Shown: in pieces, positions 36,575 to 48,300 of the stretch
Numbering within the stretch: position 1 is the stretch's first letter
Layout: every line of letters starts with the position of its first letter
NCBI GenBank assembly: GCA_045863295.1
Contig: BTWA01000018.1
Location: 32,001-96,000 of the forward strand
Direction: 5' to 3'
Length of the DNA stretch: 64,000 bases
Source of the DNA: Candidatus Hydrogenedentota bacterium
GTDB lineage: Bacteria > Hydrogenedentota > Hydrogenedentia > Hydrogenedentales > SLHB01
Translations under genes and position numbers: made by a program
Notes under the pieces: generated by a model
Told to the model about the DNA's origin: nothing
Database searches by the model: none
The model's input: only the letters and a program-made list of their open reading frames with translations

Positions 36575-36600
36575 CCGGCGGGGGCCGAAGCCCCCGCCGG
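36575..36600 (-). other. Very stable intercistronic hairpin with cUUCGg tetraloop
   Basis: Minus strand CCGGCGGGGGC-TTCG-GCCCCCGCCGG, a perfect 11-bp all-GC stem with no U-tract, between mcp and cheA. Confidence 0.75.
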
Positions 36601-36644
36601 GTAGCCCGTTCCATCCTCTGCGGCACTAGAGTCCAACTGACGGC

Positions 36645-38798
36645 TTAGAAATCGCCGAAGTCATTGTCATCCAGCGGGATTACTTCCTCGGGCCGGCGGC
36701 CGTTGGAAGATGCACCCGCGCCGACCAACTCCGGTTCGCGGTGTTTTGAAGGGGACGGGCGCACCGAACGCTCGGGCTTGGCCGTCTCGTGGCTATGCGT
36801 GGGAACGACTGCGTTGTGCTGCCGTTCCAAGGGTGAATGTGTATGCCGCCGCGCAACCGGCTTCGCTGTCTTGTGCACCGCGCGTTCGCCCGACTTGCCG
36901 CCCACAATAGTGGACAAGTCTTCTACGATGCGCGCCAGCTCTTCGGATTGCGCCGACAGTTCCTCGCTGGCCGCCGCCGCCTCTTCCGAATTCGCCGCGT
37001 TGGCCTGCGTGACCGTGTTCATCTGCGCCACGGCCGAATTGATCTGATCGATTCCGCTCGATTGTTCCTTCGAAGCAGCCGACACCTCGGCTGCCAATTG
37101 CGTCACCCGGTTCACGGACTCACCGATTTGCTCCAGGATCGCGCCCACCTCGGTCGATACGGCCACGCCGTTTTCCGCACTCGACTGCGCCCCCTCTATC
37201 AAGGCTGCTGTATTCTTGGCCGCGTCCGCACTGCGCTGCGCCAGGCTGCGCACTTCTTCCGCAACAACAGCGAACCCCTTGCCTGCGTCCCCGGCGCGGG
37301 CCGCTTCCACTGCCGCGTTCAGGGCGAGCAGATTGGTCTGGAAGGCAATTTCATCGATCGTCTTAATGATGTTCGCCGTTTGATCCGACGCCTTCTTGAT
37401 GTCGACAATCGCCGTCGACATGCGCTGCATCGCTTCCCGCCCTTTCTGCGCCGCATGGCCCGCGTCCGACGCCATCGAATTTGCCTGATTGGCATTCTCC
37501 GTATTTTGACGCGTCATGGAAGTCAACTCTTCAAGGGACGCCGACGTTTCCTCCAGGCTCGACGCCTGTTGGCTCACGCCACTTGCCAACGATTGACTTG
37601 ATTGCGACACTTGGTTTGCCGCTGAGTTCACTTGTTCGGATCCCGAAGTAAGGGATTGAATTACACGATTGATGGGCTTCGTAATGCTTCGCGTTACCAC
37701 GATCCCTATGACAATGCCAAGTACCGCCGCAGTAGCAAGCCCGACTACAAGTATCCATGAGGATCGTGCAAGAAGGGCCCCGGATGCCTCTGCTATCTTG
37801 ACAGTCTCGTCCATCCCCTTTTGTGACAGTTCCTGGACTTTCGAAAGCACCAACTCGCCTTTTTGTCCTCGCTCCACGGCAATGGTGTCCAGCGTTTCCG
37901 TTGCCGCGATCAACCGGGTAAGACCGTCCTTGTATTGATTGGCTGCCTCCTCGCACTGATCTATCAATTCCAAATCTTCTTTTAAGCGCGTAATCTTTCG
38001 AAGCGAGTCAAACTTCTCTTTCATGGCGGCGAAATTTTCCATGCCGTCTTTGACGATGGAAACGTCTCGTAGCGCTTGTCCCTTGAAGTTGGCCAGTCGC
38101 GTCGCGTTGCCCAGGTTGATAATCTCATTGACGGTGGATATCTTCTCCAAACGTTCTAATAGCTTTGACGAGTCGGTAAATGATTCGTCCGCAAGAGCCG
38201 TTGCCGCCCCGGCGGCCACTTGACCGGACGCGTTCACAGGGGATTCTAACGAGGTATTTGCCGCGACATTCGTGGTTTCTCCGCGGATTTCGCGGCCAAA
38301 AGTAGCATTCTGCCCGGAAAGAAACGCGTAGCACGCATCCATGTAGGCCTTGGCCGAACTGTCCAACTCGGCTCGTGCCGCGTCCAGTTCGGCTATGTTC
38401 TTCTCAGTATCGGTTACCAGCTTGGAGTAATCGGTTACCAGTGTCGAAATGTCGGATACCGAAGACTTCAATGCAACGAGATGCTCAGATTTCTCCGCAA
38501 GATCCTTTGCTTCCGACAGCGCCGTGTCGACTTCCTGAAGTTCTTTGCGCCCGTCTTCTAGAAATCCAACCGTCTCCGTTAATCCATAGCCTCGAATGTT
38601 GTACATCGTGAGTAGTGCGTGCCGTTCCGTCGCCGTGGCGACCGCGACCTCAGGGATATACTCCAAGTCAAGCATCGCCGCCGATTGACTAACGGTCAAC
38701 ATGCTGCTCACCGCGATACCCCCGAGTACGACCGCAATGAGAATCAATCCTCCGAAACCAACACCTAGTTTCGTACTGAGTTTCATATTCTTGAACAT
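36645..38798 (-). CDS. Methyl-accepting chemotaxis protein with helical periplasmic sensor and C-terminal pentapeptide
   Basis: Two TM helices; [38 protein letters not shown]-terminal DFGDF. Confidence 0.96.
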   Translation of the reverse strand: MFKNMKLSTKLGVGFGGLILIAVVLGGIAVSSMLTVSQSAAMLDLEYIPEVAVATATERHALLTMYNIRGYGLTETVGFLEDGRKELQEVDTALSEAKDLAEKSEHLVALKSSVSDISTLVTDYSKLVTDTEKNIAELDAARAELDSSAKAYMDACYAFLSGQNATFGREIRGETTNVAANTSLESPVNASGQVAAGAATALADESFTDSSKLLERLEKISTVNEIINLGNATRLANFKGQALRDVSIVKDGMENFAAMKEKFDSLRKITRLKEDLELIDQCEEAANQYKDGLTRLIAATETLDTIAVERGQKGELVLSKVQELSQKGMDETVKIAEASGALLARSSWILVVGLATAAVLGIVIGIVVTRSITKPINRVIQSLTSGSEQVNSAANQVSQSSQSLASGVSQQASSLEETSASLEELTSMTRQNTENANQANSMASDAGHAAQKGREAMQRMSTAIVDIKKASDQTANIIKTIDEIAFQTNLLALNAAVEAARAGDAGKGFAVVAEEVRSLAQRSADAAKNTAALIEGAQSSAENGVAVSTEVGAILEQIGESVNRVTQLAAEVSAASKEQSSGIDQINSAVAQMNTVTQANAANSEEAAAASEELSAQSEELARIVEDLSTIVGGKSGERAVHKTAKPVARRHTHSPLERQHNAVVPTHSHETAKPERSVRPSPSKHREPELVGAGASSNGRRPEEVIPLDDNDFGDF

Positions 38799-38938
38799 AA
38801 CAGGTGCCTTTCAGAAACTTGCGCGGTTCGCTGCGAACGTACTGCGATTGCCGCGCCCCCCGTGGGCAAGAAGCTTGCCACGTATCCCCCAAGTACCGGT
38901 GGCCGCACACCCCCGTGAACGGCTCCGAAAGCCGCGAC

Positions 38939-39460
38939 CTACGCCGCTTCCACTTTCTCCAACAGACCGGACACGGTCCCAATGCACAGAATTCTGGACA
39001 CATCGAGCAACATCACGACCCGCTCCCCGATTTTCCCCATGCCGCGCAGGAGATTTGTCTCAACCCCCGCGCCCAGGTTGGGCGGTGGCTCAATGGCATC
39101 GGCGCCAATGTCCACGACTTCAGATACATCGTCGACCAACAATCCCATCGTGAATATTTCGTCTTCAAGCAGCAGTTCCGTTACGATGATGCAAGTGCGC
39201 GGCGTATCTTCAATGGCTTCCAAGCCAAATCGCTTGGAGAGATCAAGAACCGGAATGACCTTTCCACGCAAGTTGATTACGCCTCGAATGGACTCCGCCA
39301 CCTTGGGAACGCGCGTGATGGGCTGTAGACCGATGATCTCCTGTACGCGTAGTATTTCCAGCCCGTACGTCTCCTTGTCGAGCATGAACGTTAGGTACTT
39401 GCCGGCAACCTGCGGAATCCCCTCATCCGTCTGGTTCGCTGTGTACACAGCCATATCCAA
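38939..39460 (-). CDS. cheW: Chemotaxis coupling protein CheW
   Basis: GKYLTF, YGLEILRVQEII, GVINLRGKVIPVLDL, GLLVDDVSEV. Confidence 0.95.
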   Translation of the reverse strand: MDMAVYTANQTDEGIPQVAGKYLTFMLDKETYGLEILRVQEIIGLQPITRVPKVAESIRGVINLRGKVIPVLDLSKRFGLEAIEDTPRTCIIVTELLLEDEIFTMGLLVDDVSEVVDIGADAIEPPPNLGAGVETNLLRGMGKIGERVVMLLDVSRILCIGTVSGLLEKVEAA

Positions 39461-39486
39461 TCCCCCTTGTGTTGTGCGTGTGCCCG

Positions 39487-39966
39487 CTAGTGAGAGTGAA
39501 CCTCAAAGTGCCCGTGCCGTTCCGTCTCCCACGACAGCAATGCCGTAACCCTCCGGCCACCGGCATCAAACTGGAGACTGTCACTCAGCGTGTGTACCAG
39601 CCTCAGCCCTCGATGCCAATCTTCGTCGGGCGATGATGGCGCGGACAAATCCAATTCGGAGAAATCAAAACCATTCCCTTCATCTTCAACCACAACTTCT
39701 ATCGCGTTGTCGCCAATACGAGTTACTCGGCAGGCAATCTTCTTCTCCGGGTTGTTTTTGCTGCCATGTTCCAGTGCATTCGTAAGCAATTCACGCAGCA
39801 CAATGGGAACCTTCGGCGCATTGGCCGGGTGAAGCGCGGTGGCAAACTCAAGGCACGACAGGCAAACCCCTGAAAATAGCGCGGGGTCCGCGGTAAATCG
39901 CATTGAAACAGAGGCGTTGACCGGAAATTTGCGCCCGGTGCGCGTCAAGATCGGATACGGCTGCAT
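39487..39966 (-). CDS. RsbW/SpoIIAB-like ATP-binding protein (HATPase_c)
   Basis: LRELLTNALEHG, VEDEGNGFD, HRGLRLV. Confidence 0.8.
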   Translation of the reverse strand: MQPYPILTRTGRKFPVNASVSMRFTADPALFSGVCLSCLEFATALHPANAPKVPIVLRELLTNALEHGSKNNPEKKIACRVTRIGDNAIEVVVEDEGNGFDFSELDLSAPSSPDEDWHRGLRLVHTLSDSLQFDAGGRRVTALLSWETERHGHFEVHSH

Positions 39967-40010
39967 GGATGAAGTCCCCGTAGTTCCCCCTCGTGAGACT
40001 CATAGGGAGC

Positions 40011-40026
40011 GCATTTGCCATGCCAA
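40011..40026 (-). promoter_or_regulatory. Sigma54 (-24/-12) promoter of the chemosensory operon
   Basis: Minus strand TTGGCAT-GGCAA-ATGC (GG-N10-GC), 45 bp upstream of the first operon ATG. Confidence 0.65.
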
Positions 40027-40090
40027 CGGTTGTATAACTGGCAAAGGGCGATGGGAAAAGAGGTTAGCGAACTACGGCAGAATTTCCGGG

Positions 40091-40193
40091 GTGTGAACAA
40101 ACTCACACATGGCTGTCGCAATCGCTGCTAAGATGAAAGAGTGAAAAGACTTGCGAGCCTGTGCCTATTGTGGGGACTGTGCAGATTGGCACA
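40091..40193. promoter_or_regulatory. Two perfect TGTG-N8-CACA palindromes (enhancer or CRP-family sites)
   Basis: GTGTGA-ACAAAC-TCACAC (40091-40108) and TGTGC-AGATTG-GCACA (40178-40193); a half site TGTGC lies at 40160. Confidence 0.6.
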
Positions 40194-40209
40194 CCCCAGG
40201 TAACGCAAG

Positions 40210-41646
40210 TTAAGCCTGACGATCGCTGTTCAGGCGCTTGTTCAACGCCGTACGCGAGATGCCCAGCAGCCGGGCCGCAATCCCTTGATTGCCTCCCGAT
40301 CGCCGCATCGCTTCGTCAATCAACTGTTCTTGTACTTCACCCAGCGTGGGCAAGGTAAGGTGATCGCTGAACAATCCGGCCGGTGTGTTCGTTGCGGCCT
40401 CATCCGAAATGGCGGCGTCCCCAATGCGCTCGATATGTTGAATGAACGGTTGGAGCGAAAGCGTATTTCCGCTTGTACTCGCCACCGCATTGAACACCAT
40501 ATGTTCCAGCTCGCGCACGTTGCCGGGAAACGAATACGTGCGAAGTAGTTGGTACAGCGAATTGGGAACCGCCGGCGGCTTGACATTGAGTTCCCCTGCC
40601 GCAATTGCCACAAAGTGGCGGACCAGTGGAGCAATGTCGCTCTTGCGATCGCGCAACGGCGGAACATGGATGTGATGATTGCTAATCCGATAGTACAAAT
40701 CCCGCCGGAAGGCGCCCGATTTCTGCATCGCCACGATATCGCGGTTGGTGGCAAAAACAAACCGGGCGGCCGTACGGTGAACCGTGTCCGATCCCAAATG
40801 GCGGTACTCTCGTTCCTGTATCAATCGCAGCAGCTTCAGTTGCGAAGTGGGAGAAAGATCGCCAATCTCATCCAAAAAAAGCGTACCGTCGGCCGCGCCG
40901 GCAACCAGCCCCATTCGGCCATCCCCTGCGCTCGTATAGGCACCCGACACATGCCCATAGAGCGTGTCCATCAGCATGGTGTCGTCATATCCCGAGATCG
41001 TCTCGCTGACAAATGGCGAGTCCGGGCAACTTAATCGGTGAATGGCTTTTGCGATCAGCTCTTTTCCAACCCCACTCTCGCCGGTAATAAGTACTGGCTT
41101 TCGCGAATGCGCTATGATCTCGATATAACGGAAGATCGCCCGAAGGCTGGCGCAATCGCCTACGATGCCTGAAAAAGCCGCCGGATTCTGAATCTCGTCG
41201 AGCACGGAGTTGGTCACAAACTGCCGGTACTCGGCCTGAAGCTCGCCCAGTTCAAGCGCCCGCCGCGCACTTGCCATCAATCGCCTGGGCTCAAACGGCT
41301 TCAACAGATAGTCCTGTGCCCCAAGGCGCATGCAACGGACCGCCATATCCAGATCATTCTGGCCCGTCAACATGAGCACAGCTACCTCGGGCACCCATTC
41401 ACGCAGCGACGTCAAAAGCTCGTCGCCGTTCATGTGCGGCATGGCGATATCGAGCAAGATCAGGCTGACGGCCTGATGTTCCAAAAGGTCGCGCACCTGA
41501 AGTGGATCGTTGCACGTAATGGAATTGGTGAGCCCCTCCGTGCGCAACATCAGTTGAACCAGCTTCAACATCTGCGGGTCATCGTCCACAATCAATATCG
41601 GACGCGAAGGATACAGAACTCCCGGCTCTACAACCGTTCCTGTCAT
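40210..41646 (-). CDS. NtrC-family response regulator (REC-AAA+-Fis HTH), sigma54 activator-like
   Basis: ILIVDDD, LLDIAMP, GESGVGKE, GAYTSA at the GAFTGA position, LFLDEIG, FRRDLYYR, FPGNVREL, GNQGIAARLLGISR. ORF track start is 41676. Confidence 0.92.
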   Translation of the reverse strand: MTGTVVEPGVLYPSRPILIVDDDPQMLKLVQLMLRTEGLTNSITCNDPLQVRDLLEHQAVSLILLDIAMPHMNGDELLTSLREWVPEVAVLMLTGQNDLDMAVRCMRLGAQDYLLKPFEPRRLMASARRALELGELQAEYRQFVTNSVLDEIQNPAAFSGIVGDCASLRAIFRYIEIIAHSRKPVLITGESGVGKELIAKAIHRLSCPDSPFVSETISGYDDTMLMDTLYGHVSGAYTSAGDGRMGLVAGAADGTLFLDEIGDLSPTSQLKLLRLIQEREYRHLGSDTVHRTAARFVFATNRDIVAMQKSGAFRRDLYYRISNHHIHVPPLRDRKSDIAPLVRHFVAIAAGELNVKPPAVPNSLYQLLRTYSFPGNVRELEHMVFNAVASTSGNTLSLQPFIQHIERIGDAAISDEAATNTPAGLFSDHLTLPTLGEVQEQLIDEAMRRSGGNQGIAARLLGISRTALNKRLNSDRQA

Positions 41647-41788
41647 AGGCGGCCCCCAGTTCCACGCATGTCGCATTCAAATCAGGTCTGCAAGAATGTA
41701 ACGCATCCCGTCATTGGAAATAAATGCAACGGTGCCGCCAAATGCAGGTCTATAAGGGTAATACGCACGAACAGCCGGAAAACGAATC

Positions 41789-42565
41789 TTAACCCAGGCC
41801 TGTAGTTTCCAGCCATGTCCTTGCCATCAGCGCGTGTCCGGCGACCGACGGATGCACACCGTCCTTGGCCCAGTATTCCGGTGGTGTTGCTTCGCTCACC
41901 GCCGCATCGAACATGGATTGAAAAGGCACCCAGATGGCCCCTACATTGTCCGCCACCCGCTTGGCGGCCGCACGCCGATCGTCAAACTCCGGAAACCAGG
42001 AACTGTCAATCGCGCCGCAACGAAGTACAAACGGCTCGCATACCACCAGAATAACATCCGGAAGGGCCGCCTTGGTCTGATTCAAGAGTTCGGCATATCC
42101 GGACTCGTACTGTTCGACCGTTCCATCGTACTTTCCACTCTTCTTATGCCAAAGATCATTGACTCCAATCAGAATGCTCAGTACCGCCGGATTCAGATCA
42201 ATGGTCTCGGCCTGCCAACGAGCCGCCAAATCGGGTACCTTGTTGCCGCTAATGCCCCGGTTGTAACACTGCAGCGTGAGCCTCGCGTGTGCGCCAAGAA
42301 TCGCGGAGGCGGCCATCATGGCATACCCAAAACCCCAGGCAGATAAATCGTTGGGTCCAAGTTGCTCCTTGTTGCGGCCCGCGTCCGTGATGGAATCGCC
42401 TTGAAACAAAACGACACCATTCTGCTTGAGTGATATGGAAGTCACTTCCGCTCCTTCCGCGGCGTGTGCTGCGCCGCCGCTAAGTATAGCCGCGCCACCC
42501 GCCGCGATAGCTCCCTGCAATACAATACGACGGGGAAACTGAAAATCGTTGCCTTTGCCAGTCAT
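41789..42565 (-). CDS. SGNH/GDSL hydrolase with Tat-like signal
   Basis: PRRIVLQG signal; FQGDSITD, NRGISG, IGVND, DGVHP. Confidence 0.9.
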   Translation of the reverse strand: MTGKGNDFQFPRRIVLQGAIAAGGAAILSGGAAHAAEGAEVTSISLKQNGVVLFQGDSITDAGRNKEQLGPNDLSAWGFGYAMMAASAILGAHARLTLQCYNRGISGNKVPDLAARWQAETIDLNPAVLSILIGVNDLWHKKSGKYDGTVEQYESGYAELLNQTKAALPDVILVVCEPFVLRCGAIDSSWFPEFDDRRAAAKRVADNVGAIWVPFQSMFDAAVSEATPPEYWAKDGVHPSVAGHALMARTWLETTGLG

Positions 42566-42776
42566 ACCGTGGCTCCTTGCTGGATATGGAATCGGCCCTG
42601 TCGGATCGCGGGATGCTCGGCCCGCGCTTCTGGGGATCATCTAAACAGAAAGCCGAAACTGCTTCAAGGCAACGCCGGTACCTGGATTTGCGCGTCCGCC
42701 CGCGCACGGAATTTGAATTCGCAGGCCGAAGCGAATAGCGTTCCCGTATAAATTGCTCGTCCAAGGAGAATTCAGG

Positions 42777-44246
42777 ATGTCCACCAAAATAAACCGGAAT
42801 AATCGACGGCGGCGATTCATTGGCTTGACGGTGGCCGTGATGCTCCTTCCGTGGACAAGTAATGCCGCACAGTTGTTTGCAGGCTCCTCAACCGCGTCGA
42901 TAACGCCCGATGGTCCCGTAGCGCTTTCGGGACAGATGAACACCCGTATTGCTTCTATCGTGGAAAGCGAAGTGCTCGCAGTAGCGCTCGCCTTGGAGTC
43001 GCGCGATGCAGAGGTCGTCGTGGATCAGGCAATTATGGTGGCCTGCGATCTTGTGGCCATTCGGGAAGGCATTTTGGACAAAGTCCGCGAGCGCATCACC
43101 CCCCGGCTTACGGATTTTGACCCCTCCAAGCTCTTGCTTAGCGCAACTCATACGCATACGGCACCGGTCACCGAAATCGAGGCATACACGATTCCAAAAG
43201 ACGATGTGATACAACCGGAAGTGTACGTGGAATTCCTGGCTGACCGTGTCGCAGGGGCGGTCATTGCCGCATGGGAATCCCGGAAACCCGCCAAAGCGGG
43301 ATGGGGACTCGGCCACGCGGTCGTGGCACAAAACCGGCGCTCGATCTACGCTGATGGACATGCACAGATGTATGGCCCCACGGACAAGCCCGATTTCCGC
43401 GCCATCGAAGGAGGAGAGGATCAGGGTGTTGAGGTGTTATTCATTTGGAATGAACGAGAGGAGCTCGTCGCGACTGCAGTAAATATAGCTTGTCCATCGC
43501 AAGAAGTGGAAGGGCGTTCCGCCGTCAACGCGGATTTCTGGCACAACGTCCGTGAAACGCTTCAAGCCAAGTACGGCCCGAATCTCGCCGTGCTCGGCTG
43601 GACCGGCGCGGCCGGCGACCAGTCTCCCCACCTCATGGTGCGAAAGGCGGCCGAAGAACGCATGCGCGAACTGCGCGGCATCGATCGCCTGGAGGAGTTG
43701 GCCAGAAGGATTGTTGCGGCATGGGAAGAAGCCTACGAGGGAGCAGCAAAAGAGAAGCACTCGGATCTGAAAATGCAACATACAGTGCGGACGATAGAAT
43801 TGCCTTTGCGTACAATTACTGAAAAGGAAAGCGCGGAAGCGCGCGCGCATGTGGAATCGCTTTCACACGATCCAAACAACCGCCGTCGTGTTGTCTGGCA
43901 TCAATCCGTAGTCGACCGGTATGAACAGCAACTGGCAGGACAAACACTTCCTTACTTGATGGAGTTGCATGCAATTCGATTGGGCGACATCGTAATTGTC
44001 ACTAACGATTTCGAGTTATTCACCGAATACGGCCTCCAAATGAAAGCACGCAGCAAGGCGCTGCAAACATTCGTGATTCAACTCGCCGGGCCCGGAACCT
44101 ACGTGCCCACGGAACGCGCCGCAAAAGGCGGCGGATACAGCGCGGTCGCCGAAAGCAATGTCGTCGGCTTCGAGGGGGGCCAAGTGCTAACCGAAAAAAC
44201 CGTGGAAGCCATTAATGCCTTGTGGCCCGAAGTGGAAGCGAAATAG
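42777..44246 (+). CDS. Neutral/alkaline ceramidase-like exported protein
   Basis: ASITP, SATHTHTAP, ADF, GAAGDQSP, ELFTEYG, YVPTERAAKGGGY; signal peptide. Confidence 0.7.
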   Translation: MSTKINRNNRRRRFIGLTVAVMLLPWTSNAAQLFAGSSTASITPDGPVALSGQMNTRIASIVESEVLAVALALESRDAEVVVDQAIMVACDLVAIREGILDKVRERITPRLTDFDPSKLLLSATHTHTAPVTEIEAYTIPKDDVIQPEVYVEFLADRVAGAVIAAWESRKPAKAGWGLGHAVVAQNRRSIYADGHAQMYGPTDKPDFRAIEGGEDQGVEVLFIWNEREELVATAVNIACPSQEVEGRSAVNADFWHNVRETLQAKYGPNLAVLGWTGAAGDQSPHLMVRKAAEERMRELRGIDRLEELARRIVAAWEEAYEGAAKEKHSDLKMQHTVRTIELPLRTITEKESAEARAHVESLSHDPNNRRRVVWHQSVVDRYEQQLAGQTLPYLMELHAIRLGDIVIVTNDFELFTEYGLQMKARSKALQTFVIQLAGPGTYVPTERAAKGGGYSAVAESNVVGFEGGQVLTEKTVEAINALWPEVEAK

Positions 44247-44267
44247 ACAGAGTGGGGGAGACGATAA

Positions 44268-45296
44268 ATGACGAAGTCCGTGGCCAGCCTCATGGTAATC
44301 GCTTTCGTGGCGGTGCTCTCGAGCGCAGAGGAACCTTTCAGGTCGATAGTTGTGCCGGTGCATTCTGGAAATCCGCGCAACAGCGAGGCCGCGATCATTC
44401 CGTTGCGGAACGGCGCGCTGCTGCTCGGTTGGACAGAATTCTACGCGGGTGACGGAGCCGATCACGGACCTGCCCGCATTTCCGGGCTGATCTCCACGGA
44501 CAACGGATACACATGGGAAGGCAAATTTACACTCGTTGAAAATGACGGCGGACGTAACGTCATGGAGGTGAATTTCCTTCGCCTGAAAGACGGCCGTATC
44601 GCATTGTTTTACTGCCAGAAGAACACCGAGTCCACGGACTGCCGGGTGATGATGCGCGTCTCAGGCGACGAAGGAAAGACTTGGGGTCCGGCCAAACAAC
44701 TCAGCCCCGATAACAAGTACACCGGTCTTACAAATGGCCGATCCATTCGCCTCAAATCGGGCCGAATCCTGCTCGAGGCTTGGGAAAACGGCGATAGCTA
44801 CTGCTACCTCTCGGACGACGAAGGGGAAACCTGGCGCGAGTCGCAACGCGTCAAGCCCGGAGACGGATCCTGGGAGCCGGCATGCATCGAATTGAAGGAT
44901 GGCCGTGTACTAATGCTCATGCGCACTGGACTCGGCGGTCAGTTTAAAAGCATCTCTGCCGACGGTGGATCGACATGGAGCGATCCTGTTCCAACACCCC
45001 TTACCGGAACTGCCGCGCCTGTCTCCATAAGCCGCGTGCCCGGCACAGACGATTTGCTCGCCATCTGGAACAACAATGCCGGAGCGGGGGCGAGACGGCC
45101 CTTGACAGCCGCTCTGTCCAACGACGAAGGCGAAACCTGGTCAACGGTGAAAAACATTGAAGACGGTCCAACGGACCAATGGGCCTACCCGGCTGTCACA
45201 TGGTTTGCCGATCGCGCGTACCTCACCTATTTCAACTACGAGGGAGGCCACTCCTTAATCTTGAAGATACTTCCTTCAGAGTGGTTCTACCAGTAG
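44268..45296 (+). CDS. BNR/Asp-box sialidase-family protein
   Basis: Signal peptide; PRNSE; Asp boxes STDNGYTW, SGDEGKTW, SDDEGETW, SADGGSTW, SNDEGETW; WAYP. Confidence 0.85.
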   Translation: MTKSVASLMVIAFVAVLSSAEEPFRSIVVPVHSGNPRNSEAAIIPLRNGALLLGWTEFYAGDGADHGPARISGLISTDNGYTWEGKFTLVENDGGRNVMEVNFLRLKDGRIALFYCQKNTESTDCRVMMRVSGDEGKTWGPAKQLSPDNKYTGLTNGRSIRLKSGRILLEAWENGDSYCYLSDDEGETWRESQRVKPGDGSWEPACIELKDGRVLMLMRTGLGGQFKSISADGGSTWSDPVPTPLTGTAAPVSISRVPGTDDLLAIWNNNAGAGARRPLTAALSNDEGETWSTVKNIEDGPTDQWAYPAVTWFADRAYLTYFNYEGGHSLILKILPSEWFYQ

Positions 45297-45384
45297 CGCG
45301 GATTCACTGACCTTTTATGGGAGTGCTGTGCTCGCAAGTGGCGTGTACATGGGCCAACGGCAGTGAGCAAACGAGGTAAATTGC

Positions 45385-48300
45385 ATGAAAAGAATTGAAC
45401 AAGTCGTTCGTGTCGTTTGGACACTGGCCACTCTCTTGCTCGTGATTACCACGCCACCGGTCGCAGGACAGGAAGGCGAAGAAAAGATCCTGGGGTGGGA
45501 TTACTTGTCCGATCAATTGTCCGTCTCCGGCGAATTCGAGACTCCACACACGAAATGGGGAAAGCCTCTGAATGGCGGTGCCGTGAAAGTCGTCTTCATG
45601 GTTCCATGGTCTCAAGGAAGTACGGAAGCCCGCGAAATCGTCGAAATGATGCAGCGATTCGATCTCGAAGGACACGCCATCTATTTTATGGGCGACCGTA
45701 TTGTTGGCGACGGCAGGCCCGATTGGTACGGAGGCGATCCTGAAGCCGGAAGCAACCGCGTGAAGCGGTTGCTGGGCGAAGGCCAAGCCGTCTTTTTTCT
45801 CAACCAACTTACATTAGACGCGATTCCCGAATGGTTGAATCTCGAATTAAGAAATGCCGTGGAGCGCGGCGCGGGACTTGTGCTCGTCGGTGACAAGGCA
45901 ACCCCATTCGAAGACTCGCTCGACACCGATGAAGCAGCACGATCCTTGCCCCAGGGCAGGTACGCGACATTGGGAAAGGGCCGCATCGTTGTGCTCCCGA
46001 GCCGCGAGAGGCTGGAATTCCAATTGGGTTGGGAAACGACGTTTGACTATCAAATGCAGGCGCAGGGGCGAGCCCTGCTCTGGGCTGCCGGCAGAGACTC
46101 GCGCGCAGATCTCATGTGGGATACATCAGGCGCGCCTGCCAAGCTTTCGCTGACTTATACGGGTCTTCCCGAGGGCACTGCCATTGAAGTGACACTTCGT
46201 CGTTGGGATGGCGTCTCAATCAAGCTTGCGCCAGTCGCCGCCAAGGAAGCAGAAACCCAACAAATAGCCCTTCCGCATCTCCGCGAAGGCGACTACCAAG
46301 CCCATGCGATTGCTCGGGTCAACAATCTCGTTGAAACATGGAGCTGCACGCCGTTTGCTGTGGCTGCGGATCGTGCAATAGTCGCCGTGGAGCTGGAACG
46401 CGACTGGGCTGAGCGTGGCGAGTCCGTGACAGGCCGGGTGCGTTTCTCTGGAGTTCCGGTCGAAGGCGATACCGTGGAGGCGCGGTTGACAGACACGCGA
46501 GGGAGAATCCTCGATAGAAAGCGCCAGAAAGCGGTTGACGGAATGCTCATAGCCTTCGACGTCTCCGATTGGGCTCCCATGCTGCTTCGGGTCGAAGCTG
46601 TGCTGATGTATGCGGAATCCGAAATTAGCTACGGTTACGCCTACCTGCGTGTTCCAACACGCAATCGCAATCAATTCAATTTTGTAATGTGGAATCACGC
46701 CACGGGCGATCTTGCGGCATACGGCATCGAAGCCCTGGCCCGATACGGCGTCACGGCCATCCTCCAAGGTGGACCGCCCCACCTTGCTCTCGCGGCGAAC
46801 AACGTGGCGTACGTGCCCTACGCCGCCAGTTTCCGTGCCAGCAGCCACACCACCACGGCCATGCTGGATCCGGAAACCGGCGCGCTAAAAGGCGGGTGTG
46901 TTCACGACCCGGAATCCATGGCCAAATCCGTGCAAGCCGTGGTCGAGGGCGCGGCGGAAGCGCGCAAACTCGGTGTGTTTGCCTATTCACTTGGCGACGA
47001 GAACGCCGTTCGCGCATCTTGCTTGAGTCCGCATTGCCTCCAGGCGTATCGCAGGTACCTCAATGACATATATGCCGACATTCAATCGCTCAACCGTGAA
47101 TGGAGCACGAGCTATCCTTCATTCGATGCCATCGAACTCCTGACCGAAGGCGATCTACCCGCAGCCGACGCCCCGGAATGGTTTCGCCTCTACTTCGACG
47201 AACGGACGCTCCTTCACCGCACCGACAGCGAAGGCGCCAAGGATGATGCCCTGGACAAACAAATAGCCCATGGCGATATCAACGATGAGATGCGCGCGCT
47301 CCAGGCAGGCAACTTTGCCCGATGGTATGACCGCCAAGCCTTTCAAAACTACTCCTATGTCGAATGGTGCAAGCAATTCCAGAAAGCTTTTATGGAGACA
47401 GATCCGTACGCATTTACAGGCTTCGAGGGTACCGATAGTTTCACCATACGAAAGCTGACCACGCGCAGCCGCCAGGGCGGCGACATCGATTTATTTGTGC
47501 GCGAGATGGATTACTACGGATCGTATGAAGGCCCCGCAAACGAAGTCATGCGCTCCATCGCCCCGCCAGAATTTCCCATGGGGAGCTGGATCGGCTACAC
47601 GCCAGATGTGGAAGAATTGCTTTTCAAATACTGGCAACAAGTAACGGATCGAATGAACACCATTCAATGGTGGCGTTGGGACAACCTCGACGGATACAAC
47701 GGTTATCTCGCACCCAATATGGCGCCGTTTCCCGCAACCCGCGAAATCCTCGAAGACACCCAGATTGTCCGCGACGGACTGGGTACGCTGCTGATGCAAT
47801 GCGAAATACAGGATGACGCCATCGGCATGATGTACTCCATGCCGTCTACCTATATTGCCCACTTTGACAATAACGAGACTTTTGGCCTGTACAAGCGGGA
47901 CCATGAACGCTGGCACGAGTTGATTCACGGAGCGGGCCTGCAGTTCCGGTATTTCACTGATCGCATGTTGCGCCAAGGCGAAGTCGATTTGAGCCGATTC
48001 AAGGCGGTCATACTCCCCTTGACGTTCGCCATGTCCGAGGTGGAAGCAACGGCCTTGCGCGAATATGTACACAATGGCGGAACTCTCATCGCCGATGTGC
48101 GCCCCGCGCTGTACGACGGGCATTGCAAGCCGCTCGCCGCGGGTCAGCTCAATGACGTTTTTGGAGTGAGCCAGACCGGAAACCGTCCTGCACGCGAAAT
48201 TGATCGCATATACATCGACGGCACCCTGAGTGATCGCGCTTTGATCATGCGATGGGGAAACTGGCATGGCAAAGACATTTATCCGCAGATGAAAGTCGAC

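Noticed and set aside
38800..38938. Possible c-di-GMP riboswitch between cheW and mcp (CCGAAAG, small hairpins)
   Set aside because: The GAAA element is on the non-coding strand and the GEMM P1/P2 consensus is absent.
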